Shown here: piece after piece, positions 1 to 11,590 of the stretch
Layout: every line of letters begins with the position of its first letter
Position numbering within the stretch: the stretch's first letter is position 1
DNA from: Candidatus Levyibacteriota bacterium
GTDB lineage: Bacteria; Patescibacteriota; Microgenomatia; Levybacterales; UBA12049
NCBI GenBank assembly: GCA_963790825.1
Contig: CAWBPM010000004.1
Span: 30,987-94,986 of the forward strand
DNA length: 64,000 bases
Reading direction: 5' to 3'
Notes under the pieces: model-generated
What the model was told of the DNA's origin: nothing
The model's database searches: none
Seen by the model: the letters and a program-made list of their open reading frames with translations, nothing else
Program-made: the position numbers and the translations under genes

Positions 1-2150
<2,150 letters not shown>

Positions 2151-2267
2151 CCATCCCGCAAAGCGGGATGACAAAAAGACTTTTTATCCCGTCAAAATCG
2201 CTTCGTGAGCCACATCCCGCTAAGCGGGATAAGGCGAACGGTAAGATTAAACGGGATTCTCTTCACT

Positions 2268-2278
2268 TGTTAAAGAGC
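2268..2278 (-). promoter_or_regulatory. rrn antitermination boxA
   Basis: GCTCTTTAACA on the minus strand between tRNA-Ala and 23S. Confidence 0.7.
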
Positions 2279-2369
2279 CATCTCACTTACATCTTTTGAA
2301 GAAACCCCCTCTAATCTAGGGGGCTTGTTCAAAAGAACAAGCAGCATGTGCTAATCAATATGTAGCTAG

Positions 2370-2442
2370 TGGACCGGAAGAGATTCGAACTCTCGACCTC
2401 AGCTATGCAAAAGCTGCGCTCTACCAGCTAAGCTACCGGCCC
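2370..2442 (-). tRNA. tRNA-Ala(TGC)
   Basis: Cloverleaf GGGCCGG...CCGGTCC-A with G3:U70 and anticodon arm CAGCT-TT-TGC-AT-AGCTG. CCA is not encoded. Confidence 0.97.
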
Positions 2443-2586
2443 ATAAGGGCCAACACCACAAATTAACTTAAAAAGAACTGTAAATCGAAAAAAAGCGTAT
2501 GTGAGGCAGGAAAATCCTTAAATAGGTCTGAGAGAATTAGTAAAAAATATACTCATACAAACGTTTTATTCGCTTTACGTAGACTC

Positions 2587-2615
2587 ATATTAGCATAGGC
2601 ACAAAAGCATGTCAA
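2587..2615 (-). promoter_or_regulatory. sigma70-type promoter for the tRNA-Ala-23S unit
   Basis: TTGACA-N17-TAATAT on the minus strand. Confidence 0.8.
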
Positions 2616-2631
2616 GGTGTATTTGAAGATA

Positions 2632-2660
2632 TTGACAAGTGCTATTGTTTTCGCTACAGT
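2632..2660 (+). promoter_or_regulatory. sigma70-type promoter for the SAM riboswitch-metK transcript
   Basis: TTGACA-N17-TACAGT, back-to-back with the rRNA promoter. Confidence 0.75.
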
Positions 2661-2667
2661 AGTAACA

Positions 2668-2910
2668 CATAAATCAAGAGTGATGGGAAGACCCCAAACT
2701 ATTCTTATTTGCTCCCGAGGTTTACATCCTCGCGTCGCAAGAGCGAAAGTTCGGGGCGTAGGTTTTGGCCTGTCAATCCATCCAGCAACCCTTCGGCAAG
2801 CTCAGGGCAAGCCTTATAAACAAAAAGGACGCGCTTAGCAAACCGTTATGGGTGCTAAACCAAACCTGAAAAGGATGATTTGCTCTCAAGCCGCGTTTGA
2901 CGCGGTCGAA
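2668..2910 (+). ncRNA. SAM-I clan riboswitch (SAM-I or SAM-I/IV-like) with large insertions
   Basis: Core motifs in order: ATCAAGAG (2673), GATGGG/TCCATC (P2), TTGGCC, AGCAACC (2784), GGTGCTAAAC-CAA (2851), GATTT closing P1. It lies directly upstream of metK. Confidence 0.8.
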
Positions 2911-2922
2911 GGGAAAAATTCG

Positions 2923-2945
2923 ACCTCCTTTCAGGGAGGTTTTTT
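2923..2945 (+). terminator. Intrinsic terminator of the riboswitch expression platform
   Basis: ACCTCC-tttcag-GGAGGT followed by TTTTT. It overlaps the alternative hairpin GGTCGAA/TTCGACC. Confidence 0.85.
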
Positions 2946-3020
2946 GTCATTTAAAAGTTGAAAATGCAAAATTCAAAGTTATAGACTTTTTACTTTTAAT
3001 TTTGAACTTTAAACTTACTT

Positions 3021-4127
3021 ATGAAGACAACTTTTACATCAGAATCTGTTTGCGCGGGTCACCCAGACAAAGTTTGTGACCAGATTAGTGATGCGATTGT
3101 GGATACTGCTTTAGCTCAGGATCCGAAAAGTCGAGTAGCGGTAGAAACCGTAGCAGGATTTAATCATTTGTTTCTTTTGGGCGAAGTGACCACAATCACC
3201 AAGCTTGATTATAAAGAAATCGCTCGTAAGCAAATTCGACGACTTGGCTACACAGATCCTTTATTGAACTTCTCCGATAAATCACCCATTGAAGTTGTCA
3301 TACATACTCAGTCTCCCGAGATTGCAGCCGGAGTAGATAGCGAGGGCGCCGGAGATCAAGGTATGATGTTCGGTTTTGCTTGCAGGGAAACCAAAGAATT
3401 TATGCCCTTACCGATCCAGTTGGCTCACGCGCTTACCAAGGCTATTGATCAGGCTCGGGAAACAGAAACTATTCCCTATCTTCGACCTGATGGGAAAAGC
3501 CAAATAACGGTTCTATATGATAAGGGGCAGCCAATCGGCATTGAACACCTTGTCCTGGCAGTTCCTCACCATGAAACTGTCACTTTAGCTGAAATAAATG
3601 ATAGTTTATATCGCTATGTAGTTACGCCTGTTTTAAAGCAATATGGATTTTCCATTAGTAAAAAGGGTGTTATCGTTAACGGCACGGGTGTTTGGCATAA
3701 AGGCGGACCTGCCATGGATGCGGGACTTACCGGTAGAAAAATAATTGTCGATACGTATGGCGGCTATGCGAAAGTAGGAGGCGGAGCATTTAGTGGCAAA
3801 GACCCGACTAAGGTTGATAGGTCTGGGGCATATGCAGCGCGCTTTATTGCAAAAAATATCGTCGCACATAAATTAGCTGATAAAGCAGAAGTACGCTTAG
3901 CCTACGTTATTGGCAGAAAAAAACCCTTAATGCAGGAAGTTGAAACATTTGGCACGCTTAAGGTAAGCGAAAAAATATTAAAAGATTTTGTTTATAAACT
4001 AATTGATCCGTCAGTACATGGAATTTTAGAGAGACTCAATTTACGCCGGCCTATCTATCTACCAACTGCAGCCTATGGCCACTTCGGCAGAGATGAGTTT
4101 CCCTGGGAAAAAATCGTCACCCTTTAA
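3021..4127 (+). CDS. metK: S-adenosylmethionine synthetase
   Basis: FTSESV..GHPDK, GAGDQG, GGGAFSGKDPTKVDRS motifs. Confidence 0.98.
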   Translation: MKTTFTSESVCAGHPDKVCDQISDAIVDTALAQDPKSRVAVETVAGFNHLFLLGEVTTITKLDYKEIARKQIRRLGYTDPLLNFSDKSPIEVVIHTQSPEIAAGVDSEGAGDQGMMFGFACRETKEFMPLPIQLAHALTKAIDQARETETIPYLRPDGKSQITVLYDKGQPIGIEHLVLAVPHHETVTLAEINDSLYRYVVTPVLKQYGFSISKKGVIVNGTGVWHKGGPAMDAGLTGRKIIVDTYGGYAKVGGGAFSGKDPTKVDRSGAYAARFIAKNIVAHKLADKAEVRLAYVIGRKKPLMQEVETFGTLKVSEKILKDFVYKLIDPSVHGILERLNLRRPIYLPTAAYGHFGRDEFPWEKIVTL

Positions 4128-4166
4128 AACACGACGAGTATAAACTATAATATCCTTACGCTTGAC

Positions 4167-4484
4167 ATGAAAGAATTACTTGAGAAAACCCAACCATACC
4201 AGCCATATATTTCAGTTTCCGAAAACGGCGCAGTTGCATATGTATCTTTTGAAATTCGGGATCCTAATTTTAGCGGTGCTCCCACAGGAAGAATGTTGCG
4301 AGTAGAAAGAGGCACATCTTTAACTGAAGCATGTAGGCAATATAAAAAAGACGATCCTTTAATCTTACCAACGCTGCGTGAAGCAGTAACAAATTATCGA
4401 ACCGAGAACAACCTGTACCCGCATATTGCCATGACGCTCTACACATTAGTTGATTCTATTGATCAGGCATTTAAGAATGACTAG
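4167..4484 (+). CDS. Hypothetical protein
   Basis: 105-aa ORF with TATAAT upstream and no recognisable motif. Confidence 0.6.
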   Translation: MKELLEKTQPYQPYISVSENGAVAYVSFEIRDPNFSGAPTGRMLRVERGTSLTEACRQYKKDDPLILPTLREAVTNYRTENNLYPHIAMTLYTLVDSIDQAFKND

Positions 4485-4654
4485 CAGGTTTATAAAAATG
4501 GAGTAGTTTTTTGTCAAAATTAAATCACTTTCTATCTTCGGCTTATAACTACTGAAACAACACGTATAAAAATATCGTTTTACTTCCATAATTGAACCAT
4601 ATTAAAGTTCTTGTTGTTGTAAATACTAATTCCCTGAAGTATAATCGCCTCATC

Positions 4655-5071
4655 ATGTGTTCACGAGAGATACTGAATGACCAAAGACCAAGGGGTACAA
4701 AAGAAAGCCGGAAGGGAAGAAAGCCCAGAGCCGGTATTCATTTTTCTTATAATGACAGTAGTTTAATACTTGATCTTGGTCAAGCAGATACCCAGAGGAT
4801 TAAGAATCGCATCGCAAGAAAAGCCGTTATCGAAGTGACGCCAGCAGGATACATGTTACTCAATAGCAGAATGCTCTATGATCGAAAACCTGAGATTTTT
4901 AGCGATACTTTGGATCGGTTGGATATTCTGGATAGGAGCTTACAAAAAGTGGAAGAAGAGACCGGCCAAAGAAGCACCAGGCGAGCTCTGGTTCAAACTG
5001 CCAGAGAAGCAATAGAGATTGTTATGACACCAGGAGTTCCTGAGAAACCGACAGCACGACAGAGAAAATAA
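4655..5071 (+). CDS. Hypothetical protein (likely start MCSRE)
   Basis: The ORF fills the gap before trxB. TATAAT lies 9 nt upstream of ATG 4655. Confidence 0.55.
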   Translation: MCSREILNDQRPRGTKESRKGRKPRAGIHFSYNDSSLILDLGQADTQRIKNRIARKAVIEVTPAGYMLLNSRMLYDRKPEIFSDTLDRLDILDRSLQKVEEETGQRSTRRALVQTAREAIEIVMTPGVPEKPTARQRK

Positions 5072-5079
5072 TAGTTTGG

Positions 5080-6027
5080 TTATGACTCAGAGGGCACAAT
5101 ATGCGTGGGTTTATTTGTTGTAAGCCATTTCTCAACCTCCAAAGCAGCGGAAGCACCATATCCGGCAGCGGTAACTGCCTGTCGATAATCCCTGTCATGA
5201 ACGTCCCCTGCTACAAATACTCCCGGCACATTAGTTTTATAATGATCCGAGACTAAAACATATCCCTCTTTATCTACGTCAATTCCTTTAAAGACGTTAG
5301 AATTTGGTATGTGTCCGATTGCGACAAAGACTCCGTCAATAGATTTTTCACTAACATTGCCTGTCTGATTATTCTTTATCTTCACATTCTGCACTCTACC
5401 TTCACCTAAAATTTCAACAATTTGTGAATTTAACATAAATGAGATTTTGAGATTCTCTTTCACACGGGTTAACATTATACTGCTGGCTCTAAATTCTTCC
5501 CGACGATGAACGATAGTAACACTAGTTGCTACTTTTGCAAGGACTAATGCCTCCTCCATCGCACTATCTCCTCCGCCAACGATAATAACATTTTTACCCC
5601 TAAAAAAAGGCGCATCACATGTCGCGCAAGACGAAACTCCCCGGCCAATAAGGCCTGCTTCACCTTTTACTCCCAACCATCTTGTATCTGCACCAGTTGC
5701 AATAATTACTGTTTTAGCAAAATATGTAGCTTCTCCTACAGTTACTTGAAAAGGGTTCTTACTAAAATCCGCTTCTTTTACGTTTTCATCCAGAATCTCT
5801 GCTCCGTGTTTCTTCGCCTGATCCTTCATTCGCTGCATGAGTTTCGGTCCCTCAATTCCATCAGGAAATCCAGGGAAGTTTTCGATAACACTGGTAAGCT
5901 GCAATTGCCCTCCCCATTTTTCACCTGCAAGAATAAGGGTTTTTAAACTAGCTCGGGTGGTATAAATACCGGCAGTTAAACCGGCAGGACCTGAACCAAC
6001 AATAATTGTGTCATAGAGATTTTCCAT
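5080..6027 (-). CDS. trxB: Thioredoxin reductase
   Basis: GSGPAG, CATCD, GGGDSAMEEA, AAGDV-like motifs. Confidence 0.97.
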   Translation of the reverse strand: MENLYDTIIVGSGPAGLTAGIYTTRASLKTLILAGEKWGGQLQLTSVIENFPGFPDGIEGPKLMQRMKDQAKKHGAEILDENVKEADFSKNPFQVTVGEATYFAKTVIIATGADTRWLGVKGEAGLIGRGVSSCATCDAPFFRGKNVIIVGGGDSAMEEALVLAKVATSVTIVHRREEFRASSIMLTRVKENLKISFMLNSQIVEILGEGRVQNVKIKNNQTGNVSEKSIDGVFVAIGHIPNSNVFKGIDVDKEGYVLVSDHYKTNVPGVFVAGDVHDRDYRQAVTAAGYGASAALEVEKWLTTNKPTHIVPSES

Positions 6028-6089
6028 ATACTTAGTATAGCTGATTTCCCAAATAGTGAAATGCTTGAATAATGGTCATGTAGGAAGTT

Positions 6090-6413
6090 TTAGCTTGCGA
6101 CAAGGTCTAAAGCCTGCTTTATCACCTCTCGAGGTTGTGCGCCGATAATCGAGTTAACCGGCTTTCCCTCTTTAAAAAACATCAGTGTTGGAATACTCAT
6201 TACATTATATTGTCCGGAAGTCTGAGTATTCTCATCCACATTTAATTCTCCAATCTTTACTTTTCCCGCATACTCCTTAGACAACTCCTCAATAATCGGA
6301 GCAATTATCTTACACGGCCCACACCACGGAGCCCAAAAATCGACCAGTACCGGAAGCTTGCTTTTAAGTACCTCCTCTTTAAAATTTTGATCAGTGATTA
6401 CTGTATGTGTCAT
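6090..6413 (-). CDS. trxA: Thioredoxin
   Basis: WAPWCGPC motif. Confidence 0.97.
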   Translation of the reverse strand: MTHTVITDQNFKEEVLKSKLPVLVDFWAPWCGPCKIIAPIIEELSKEYAGKVKIGELNVDENTQTSGQYNVMSIPTLMFFKEGKPVNSIIGAQPREVIKQALDLVAS

Positions 6414-6555
6414 AAATTATTTCGTCAATCCATAGTAGCAAGGACGCGAGATGCTGTCAAGGAGTTTCTCAAAAGAAAGCGGAGAAAGAGAAGCCTGCTT
6501 TCAACAATAATCAGAACTAAGAATCATTAGGCATATGAGTAGCCGTCGCATAAAA

Positions 6556-8128
6556 CTACCCCAACTCCTCGCGTTTCTCATGTAGGAAATGGAACCATTG
6601 CTCGCTAAAAGCAAAAAGACCCTTAAACGGTGTCTCAATAAAGAAATCAAAAAGAAACAGAACGAAGTTAATCTGAGCCCAGCCTTGGGTAATTTTTCGC
6701 CCTACCCTAACAATCGGCATGAAAAGAAAATCTACTAGAGGCGTAACAAGTCCTTGTTTGTCGCCGACCGAATAGAGAGTCGCCAAAAGACTAATCCTAT
6801 AAGACAGGAAAGAAACTATTGCTAAAAAGAAGATAAACACTAATTGGCTGATAAAGTGGAAATGCATCCGGTTTAACGCGTAAAAAACTATCCCAAAAGA
6901 AAGAATAAACGCAGAGAACCAGAGTAAATTAAACATGAGATTAAGAAATGGCTTAATTCGATGCGGGGTTTTGCGAATCGTTAACTTCTCCCCAAGCTCA
7001 GGCTTTTCACTATAAAGAATCGCGTAAATATAAGAGAGAATACGTTTGGAATTATCAAGACCTGGAGGTCGAATGAAAATACCGACAATCACCATAAGAC
7101 ATGGTGGAATAACAATACTAATAGCCAAGGTGCCCCACTGGATAGAACCAAGAAAGATCCGATCATACGTTCCCTCCACCAGGAAAGCAATAGCGACTTT
7201 CGTAAGTAAAATGAAAACAACACTTCGTATAATTGCCCGCTGAACCTTATCTCCGATTCCCCGGTAGCGTGTTTCGCAAGAAGCATAGACAATTTGCGTA
7301 AATGCTCTGATCATCCGACAGAAGGTTCATCATGTCGTCGCTATGCATTCTGAGTACATCTTCCAGAATTAAAAAGGCTGCAGTCCGGTTTTTGACATAA
7401 TTATAGATTCGTGGCTGAATTGGATAATTAAGCTGTTTTACAATTTCCTGATATCCTTTCAGGAAATTGTCTGCTACTTCATCTACTTTCAGACGATCCA
7501 ACTTACCAAAGTACAAAAGAAATAAATGATATCTAAGAAATGCGACATCGTCTTTTGCAAATGACCGGCGGACGGAAATATAAACCTGCGCATCCCGTGT
7601 TTCTTCCGAATCGTCTCCGATTAATACATCTTCTTTTACCACTTGAAACATAAAGTTACTCATCGTTTCCTTTTCCTGATTGGGGTTTAACGTGTGTTCA
7701 ATATGAGAAGACATCAGATGATAAATCCACTCATTAATCGTGTATTCGGGCATTCTATGCTTCTGAAGAATTTTAAAGCGAAGTTCCAGATAGATATCAA
7801 TAATTTCCTCAACTTTACCAATCATTGATTCAGCTACACTATTGTCGGGCATATAGCGTGCCCAAACGAGCTCGCGAACAAGTGGTTCGGCGGTCGTTTT
7901 GGCGTTTCCACCCAGGAGTAAGCGTCTGTGTAAAATCCGCTCAATAGTAGCCCGGAGAATTACTTCCTCGTCTCGGTATTCCATGGCGTTTCGTAATTTC
8001 TCATACCAGGAAGCAAATTTAGAAACTACCGGATTAACAGTTATTTTGCGCTCATGATTCACGCTTTCCTTTTTCTGGATAGAAGTAATAACATAAGTTG
8101 CCATCCGTGATAAGGTTTTTGCTTCCAT
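6556..8128 (-). pseudogene. Conserved CPR polytopic membrane protein split by a frameshift at ~7310
   Basis: ORFs 7247..8128 and 6556..7314 overlap in different frames. Removing one base at GAT GAT C AGA GCA gives a continuous ~520-aa protein. Confidence 0.7.
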
Positions 8129-8308
8129 AAATATATTATCTGCCTAATTTCCTTTCTTGTAAATAATCTGTTGAGTTTTCTGGTAATAAAGAAGTGGTAA
8201 TAAAATGTATCCATATTTTAATATAACTTCTACTATGTCAATATATAGTAACTTACCTTTGGTTCTTGTATTGACAAGAACTATTACGGCTTATACAATA
8301 CGCCTACT

Positions 8309-9148
8309 ATGCTAAGCTCCAAGTCTCGAGGTACTTCGTCTTCTGATTATGTTGAAATTTCCCTTCCAAAGTTAAGTTTCTTTAAGCATTTTTTTACTTC
8401 ATCCAGTCTTAATCCGCTTACACTGCTTCTTTTACTCTTGCTTTTGATTTTCGCCTATCTATTAGGATCCATGGCTACAGAAGTACAATATTTGAAAAAG
8501 GGTGCTATAAGCTTGGCTCCTAGTCCTACATTAGGACAAACCAGTCAGTCTGGTTTCGGGCTCGCAATTCCAACGCTTGCGCCAAAAGTAAACGTAGATA
8601 ATGGAACGCTTCCCATACTCGGAGATAAAAATGCCAAGGTACAAATTGTCGAATTCGCCGACTACCAATGTCCATATTGTGAGCAATTTTTTACCAATAT
8701 TGAGCCGCAAATTATTAAAAATTACGTTGACACCGGAAAAGCGAGCTTCGCTTTTCGTAACTATGCTTTTTTAGATGAAAGGGCAAGTAATCCTAATTCT
8801 ACCAATGCTGAATCTACCTGGTCTGCCGAAGCTGCAGACTGTGCGAATGAACAAGGCAGGTTTTGGGATTTTCATGATTATCTCTATAGTCATCAGGGAC
8901 CGGAAGATAGCGGTGCGTTCGCTAAAGATAAACTGGAAGGCTTTGCTCAGGTTTTAGGTCTCAATACGGACCAATTTAACTCGTGTCTCGAATCGGATAA
9001 GTATGCCCAGACAGTTGCGGATGACATGACTCAGGGAAAGAAGTTCGGCGTTACTTCCACTCCGACTACTTTTATTAACGGACAGGCAATTGTCGGAGCA
9101 CTTCCCGATCAGATTATGACAGCAATCGAGGCCGCGGCGAGCAAGTAA
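8309..9148 (+). CDS. Membrane-anchored DsbA/BdbD-family thiol-disulfide oxidoreductase
   Basis: N-terminal TM, EFADYQCPYC and GVTSTPTTFING. Promoter TTGACA-N17-TACAAT at 8271-8299. Confidence 0.92.
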   Translation: MLSSKSRGTSSSDYVEISLPKLSFFKHFFTSSSLNPLTLLLLLLLLIFAYLLGSMATEVQYLKKGAISLAPSPTLGQTSQSGFGLAIPTLAPKVNVDNGTLPILGDKNAKVQIVEFADYQCPYCEQFFTNIEPQIIKNYVDTGKASFAFRNYAFLDERASNPNSTNAESTWSAEAADCANEQGRFWDFHDYLYSHQGPEDSGAFAKDKLEGFAQVLGLNTDQFNSCLESDKYAQTVADDMTQGKKFGVTSTPTTFINGQAIVGALPDQIMTAIEAAASK

Positions 9149-9179
9149 AATAATCCCAAGAAAGCTCAGCTATTTGTTT

Positions 9180-9476
9180 TTAGTCGCCAAGTCCATCTTT
9201 GGTTTTTCTCACAATAAATTCTCGCAACGTCTCTTTTATCTCTTCACGTTTTATCTCAACATTTTTTACCTGCGCTAAAAACGGTCCTCGCCGGCATTTG
9301 GAAACTAATTCCTCAATTTGTTCCTTTTCTCCTTGTAAAACTGCCTCGACTTTTCCGTCCTCAGTATTTCTCGTCCAGCCGGCAGTCCCCAGTTTTCGAG
9401 CTTCAAATTTTATAAATTGGCGAAAGCCAACATCCTGCACTTGACCTGAAATGAAAAGATGAACCTGAATAAGCAT
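9180..9476 (-). CDS. acyP: Acylphosphatase
   Basis: ISGQVQDVGFR and GWTRNTEDGKVE motifs. Confidence 0.9.
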   Translation of the reverse strand: MLIQVHLFISGQVQDVGFRQFIKFEARKLGTAGWTRNTEDGKVEAVLQGEKEQIEELVSKCRRGPFLAQVKNVEIKREEIKETLREFIVRKTKDGLGD

Positions 9477-9503
9477 GGTTGGTGAGATTATATCATGAAC
9501 AAA

Positions 9504-9890
9504 CTAGATCACATATTTCTCCAGAAGCTTAGTGATATATGCTTCAGAAAGCTCCAGTTGTTTAAGTAGTTTTTTATCAGGCAAAAAACGATATATTTTT
9601 ATATCTAACGTGAATTCTTCTGAGACAACGACGCCTTCCGCACGAAGAAGTTTACGCTGAAGCTCCCGATCCACATATTTTGTACCTTTAATAGTAATGC
9701 TGCCTTTATTATTTACAACTCGCCACCAGGGTAAATCGATGTTTCCTTCAGAGCCTCGTAAAATCCACCCTACTTGCCGTGCTGCGCGCGGCATGCCAAC
9801 CATAAGTGCCACTTGTCCGTAGCTTACTACCTTACCGTGAGGAACTAAGCGAACGATTTCAATAACGCGTTTTTTAAATGGGGAAATCAT
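9504..9890 (-). CDS. Alkyltransferase-like (ATL/MGMT family) DNA-binding protein
   Basis: GKVVSYGQVA, ARQVG and PWWRVVN (Trp replaces the catalytic Cys, as in ATL). Confidence 0.9.
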   Translation of the reverse strand: MISPFKKRVIEIVRLVPHGKVVSYGQVALMVGMPRAARQVGWILRGSEGNIDLPWWRVVNNKGSITIKGTKYVDRELQRKLLRAEGVVVSEEFTLDIKIYRFLPDKKLLKQLELSEAYITKLLEKYVI

Positions 9891-9896
9891 GACGTC

Positions 9897-10187
9897 TCAG
9901 GACTTTTCTATCAACTTTAACTTCGCCTCTTTAGCTTCTTTTTTTAATTGGGTGAGCTTCCACATAAAAAGTGCGCCCTTATTCTTAGCAGTACTGTCTT
10001 TCGTAAAACTCAATGCCCGCTCCAAAAGCGAGCGATGGGTAGTCTTGGCCAGTTTCATGTATAAACTTCTATGCTTATAATCATCCAGCTCCTCAGCCAA
10101 ATGCATGCCAAATGATTGAAATTCACGGGAAATATATTTATCAGTTGTGGGATTAAAATTTTTTAAAATCTGCTTAATCGCCTGCAT
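9897..10187 (-). CDS. Conserved CPR hypothetical protein
   Basis: 96-aa basic ORF (YISREFQ...LFMWKL) with a leaderless -10 box. Confidence 0.75.
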   Translation of the reverse strand: MQAIKQILKNFNPTTDKYISREFQSFGMHLAEELDDYKHRSLYMKLAKTTHRSLLERALSFTKDSTAKNKGALFMWKLTQLKKEAKEAKLKLIEKS

Positions 10188-10240
10188 GAAATTATTATAG
10201 CAGTTTCCTATTGCTCTAAAACCATTATTTAAGAGGAAAA

Positions 10241-10861
10241 TTACTTTGTATTGAATCTATTTCTTGCAGTTTCCAGGTCTTTTTCAAGCCCTGTTTCTAG
10301 GGCATCTGTCGCATGCTTGACGAGTTCCCGGACTTTTCCCAGCTGCCCCCTCCCGAATTTAGAAAGGACAAATTCATCTGCTTTTTCAATCTGATGCTTT
10401 GCCAACTCAGACTTATCATGCGCCTCGCCAATACCCAAACGAAAGCGCCAGAATTTATCTGTTCCCAGACCGGTAATAATTGACTCTACTCCGTGATGTC
10501 CTGCTGCTGCGCCGCCAAAACGGATTTTCATACTGCCGAGAGGCAAATCCAGTTCATCATGAATAACCCAAATATCCGAAGGCTCAATGTGGTAAAAATT
10601 CGCGATTAAAGAAACAGCCACGCCTGAGTTATTCATGAATGTTTTAGGTTTAGCGAGGATGATACGTTCCGGTTTTTCTCTATTTTTTGCCTGCCAATCC
10701 AAGATGGCGATATCGCTTCTAAGCTTCATACTTTTTTCCCAGATATTTTTTCCGGTCGGCATAAAATCCTGCAGAAAACGCTCGACGACATCAAATCCCA
10801 GATTATGCCGGGATTGCACATATTCTTCTCCGGGATTGCCAAGTCCAATTATCAGTTTCAT
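10241..10861 (-). CDS. pth: Peptidyl-tRNA hydrolase
   Basis: GLGNPG..RHNLG, KPKTFMNNSG, HDELDL, GHHG. Promoter TTGCAA-N17-TACAAT just upstream. Confidence 0.96.
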   Translation of the reverse strand: MKLIIGLGNPGEEYVQSRHNLGFDVVERFLQDFMPTGKNIWEKSMKLRSDIAILDWQAKNREKPERIILAKPKTFMNNSGVAVSLIANFYHIEPSDIWVIHDELDLPLGSMKIRFGGAAAGHHGVESIITGLGTDKFWRFRLGIGEAHDKSELAKHQIEKADEFVLSKFGRGQLGKVRELVKHATDALETGLEKDLETARNRFNTK

Positions 10862-11017
10862 ACCACAGAAAGTATTGTACCTTCTTTTTGCCTGTGTTGC
10901 AATAAAGCTTCCGACTTTAGGATTGGGTTTCGTCCACGCTTAGTCTAGAGCGAAATCCTCTCTAAGTCACGTTCAGTTTGCATGAATGTGACGAAGGGGA
11001 ATAAACTTACTAATAAA

Positions 11018-11052
11018 AACAAACCCGTCGTAACCTAACAAACGGGTTTGTT
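11018..11052. terminator. Intrinsic terminator-like hairpin downstream of the 11074 gene
   Basis: AACAAACCCGT...ACGGGTTTGTT inverted repeat with A/T flanks. Confidence 0.6.
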
Positions 11053-11073
11053 GTAAATAACTTCAAACAGCTC

Positions 11074-11502
11074 TTATTTATAATAAGATTTAATTTGAAA
11101 CAAGAGATAGAAACCAATCAAAGCTCCGATAATTACTGAAACAATACCTCCTACTACTAATGACGAGAGGAGATTTACCACCTCGGACCAAAAAAGCAGT
11201 CTCCATCCCTCCATTTTGCGAGCTTTCACTTTCGAATACGCTAATAAAAGAATTACTGACGCTGCGATCGTTAAGACACCAGTAAGAAGTGTTAAAAATC
11301 CGGGACGCACGCCGATAAACGCAATAATCGGAGCGGATCCGAACCAGCTTAAACCGGCGATAATGCCTAAAATACCAAAAATTAACGCAAATATTGGCGT
11401 AATCTGTACCAGAACTTCTTGAATATTTTTAGGAAGTGCCGGAGCTTTAGCAAAAAGATCTTCGAGCATCTTAATATAATCTGTTTCTTTTTTCTCTGCC
11501 AT
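11074..11502 (-). CDS. Conserved CPR small membrane protein (about 4 TM)
   Basis: Hydrophobic ORF ending GFYLLFQIKSYYK, with SD GGAGG upstream. Confidence 0.8.
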   Translation of the reverse strand: MAEKKETDYIKMLEDLFAKAPALPKNIQEVLVQITPIFALIFGILGIIAGLSWFGSAPIIAFIGVRPGFLTLLTGVLTIAASVILLLAYSKVKARKMEGWRLLFWSEVVNLLSSLVVGGIVSVIIGALIGFYLLFQIKSYYK

Positions 11503-11590
11503 AATTTTCACCTCCTTTCTTACCTTGTACTGTCATTATAAACTCAAGCAGATAAATTTACTAGAGATTTTTTAAGAAGCTGTACTCTTG

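Noticed and set aside
2617-3079. ORFs 2617..2838 and 2897..3079
   Set aside because: They overlap the promoter, riboswitch, terminator and metK start.
10925-10960. Possible hammerhead ribozyme (GGACGAAAC on the minus strand)
   Set aside because: No CUGANGA core in a compatible position.
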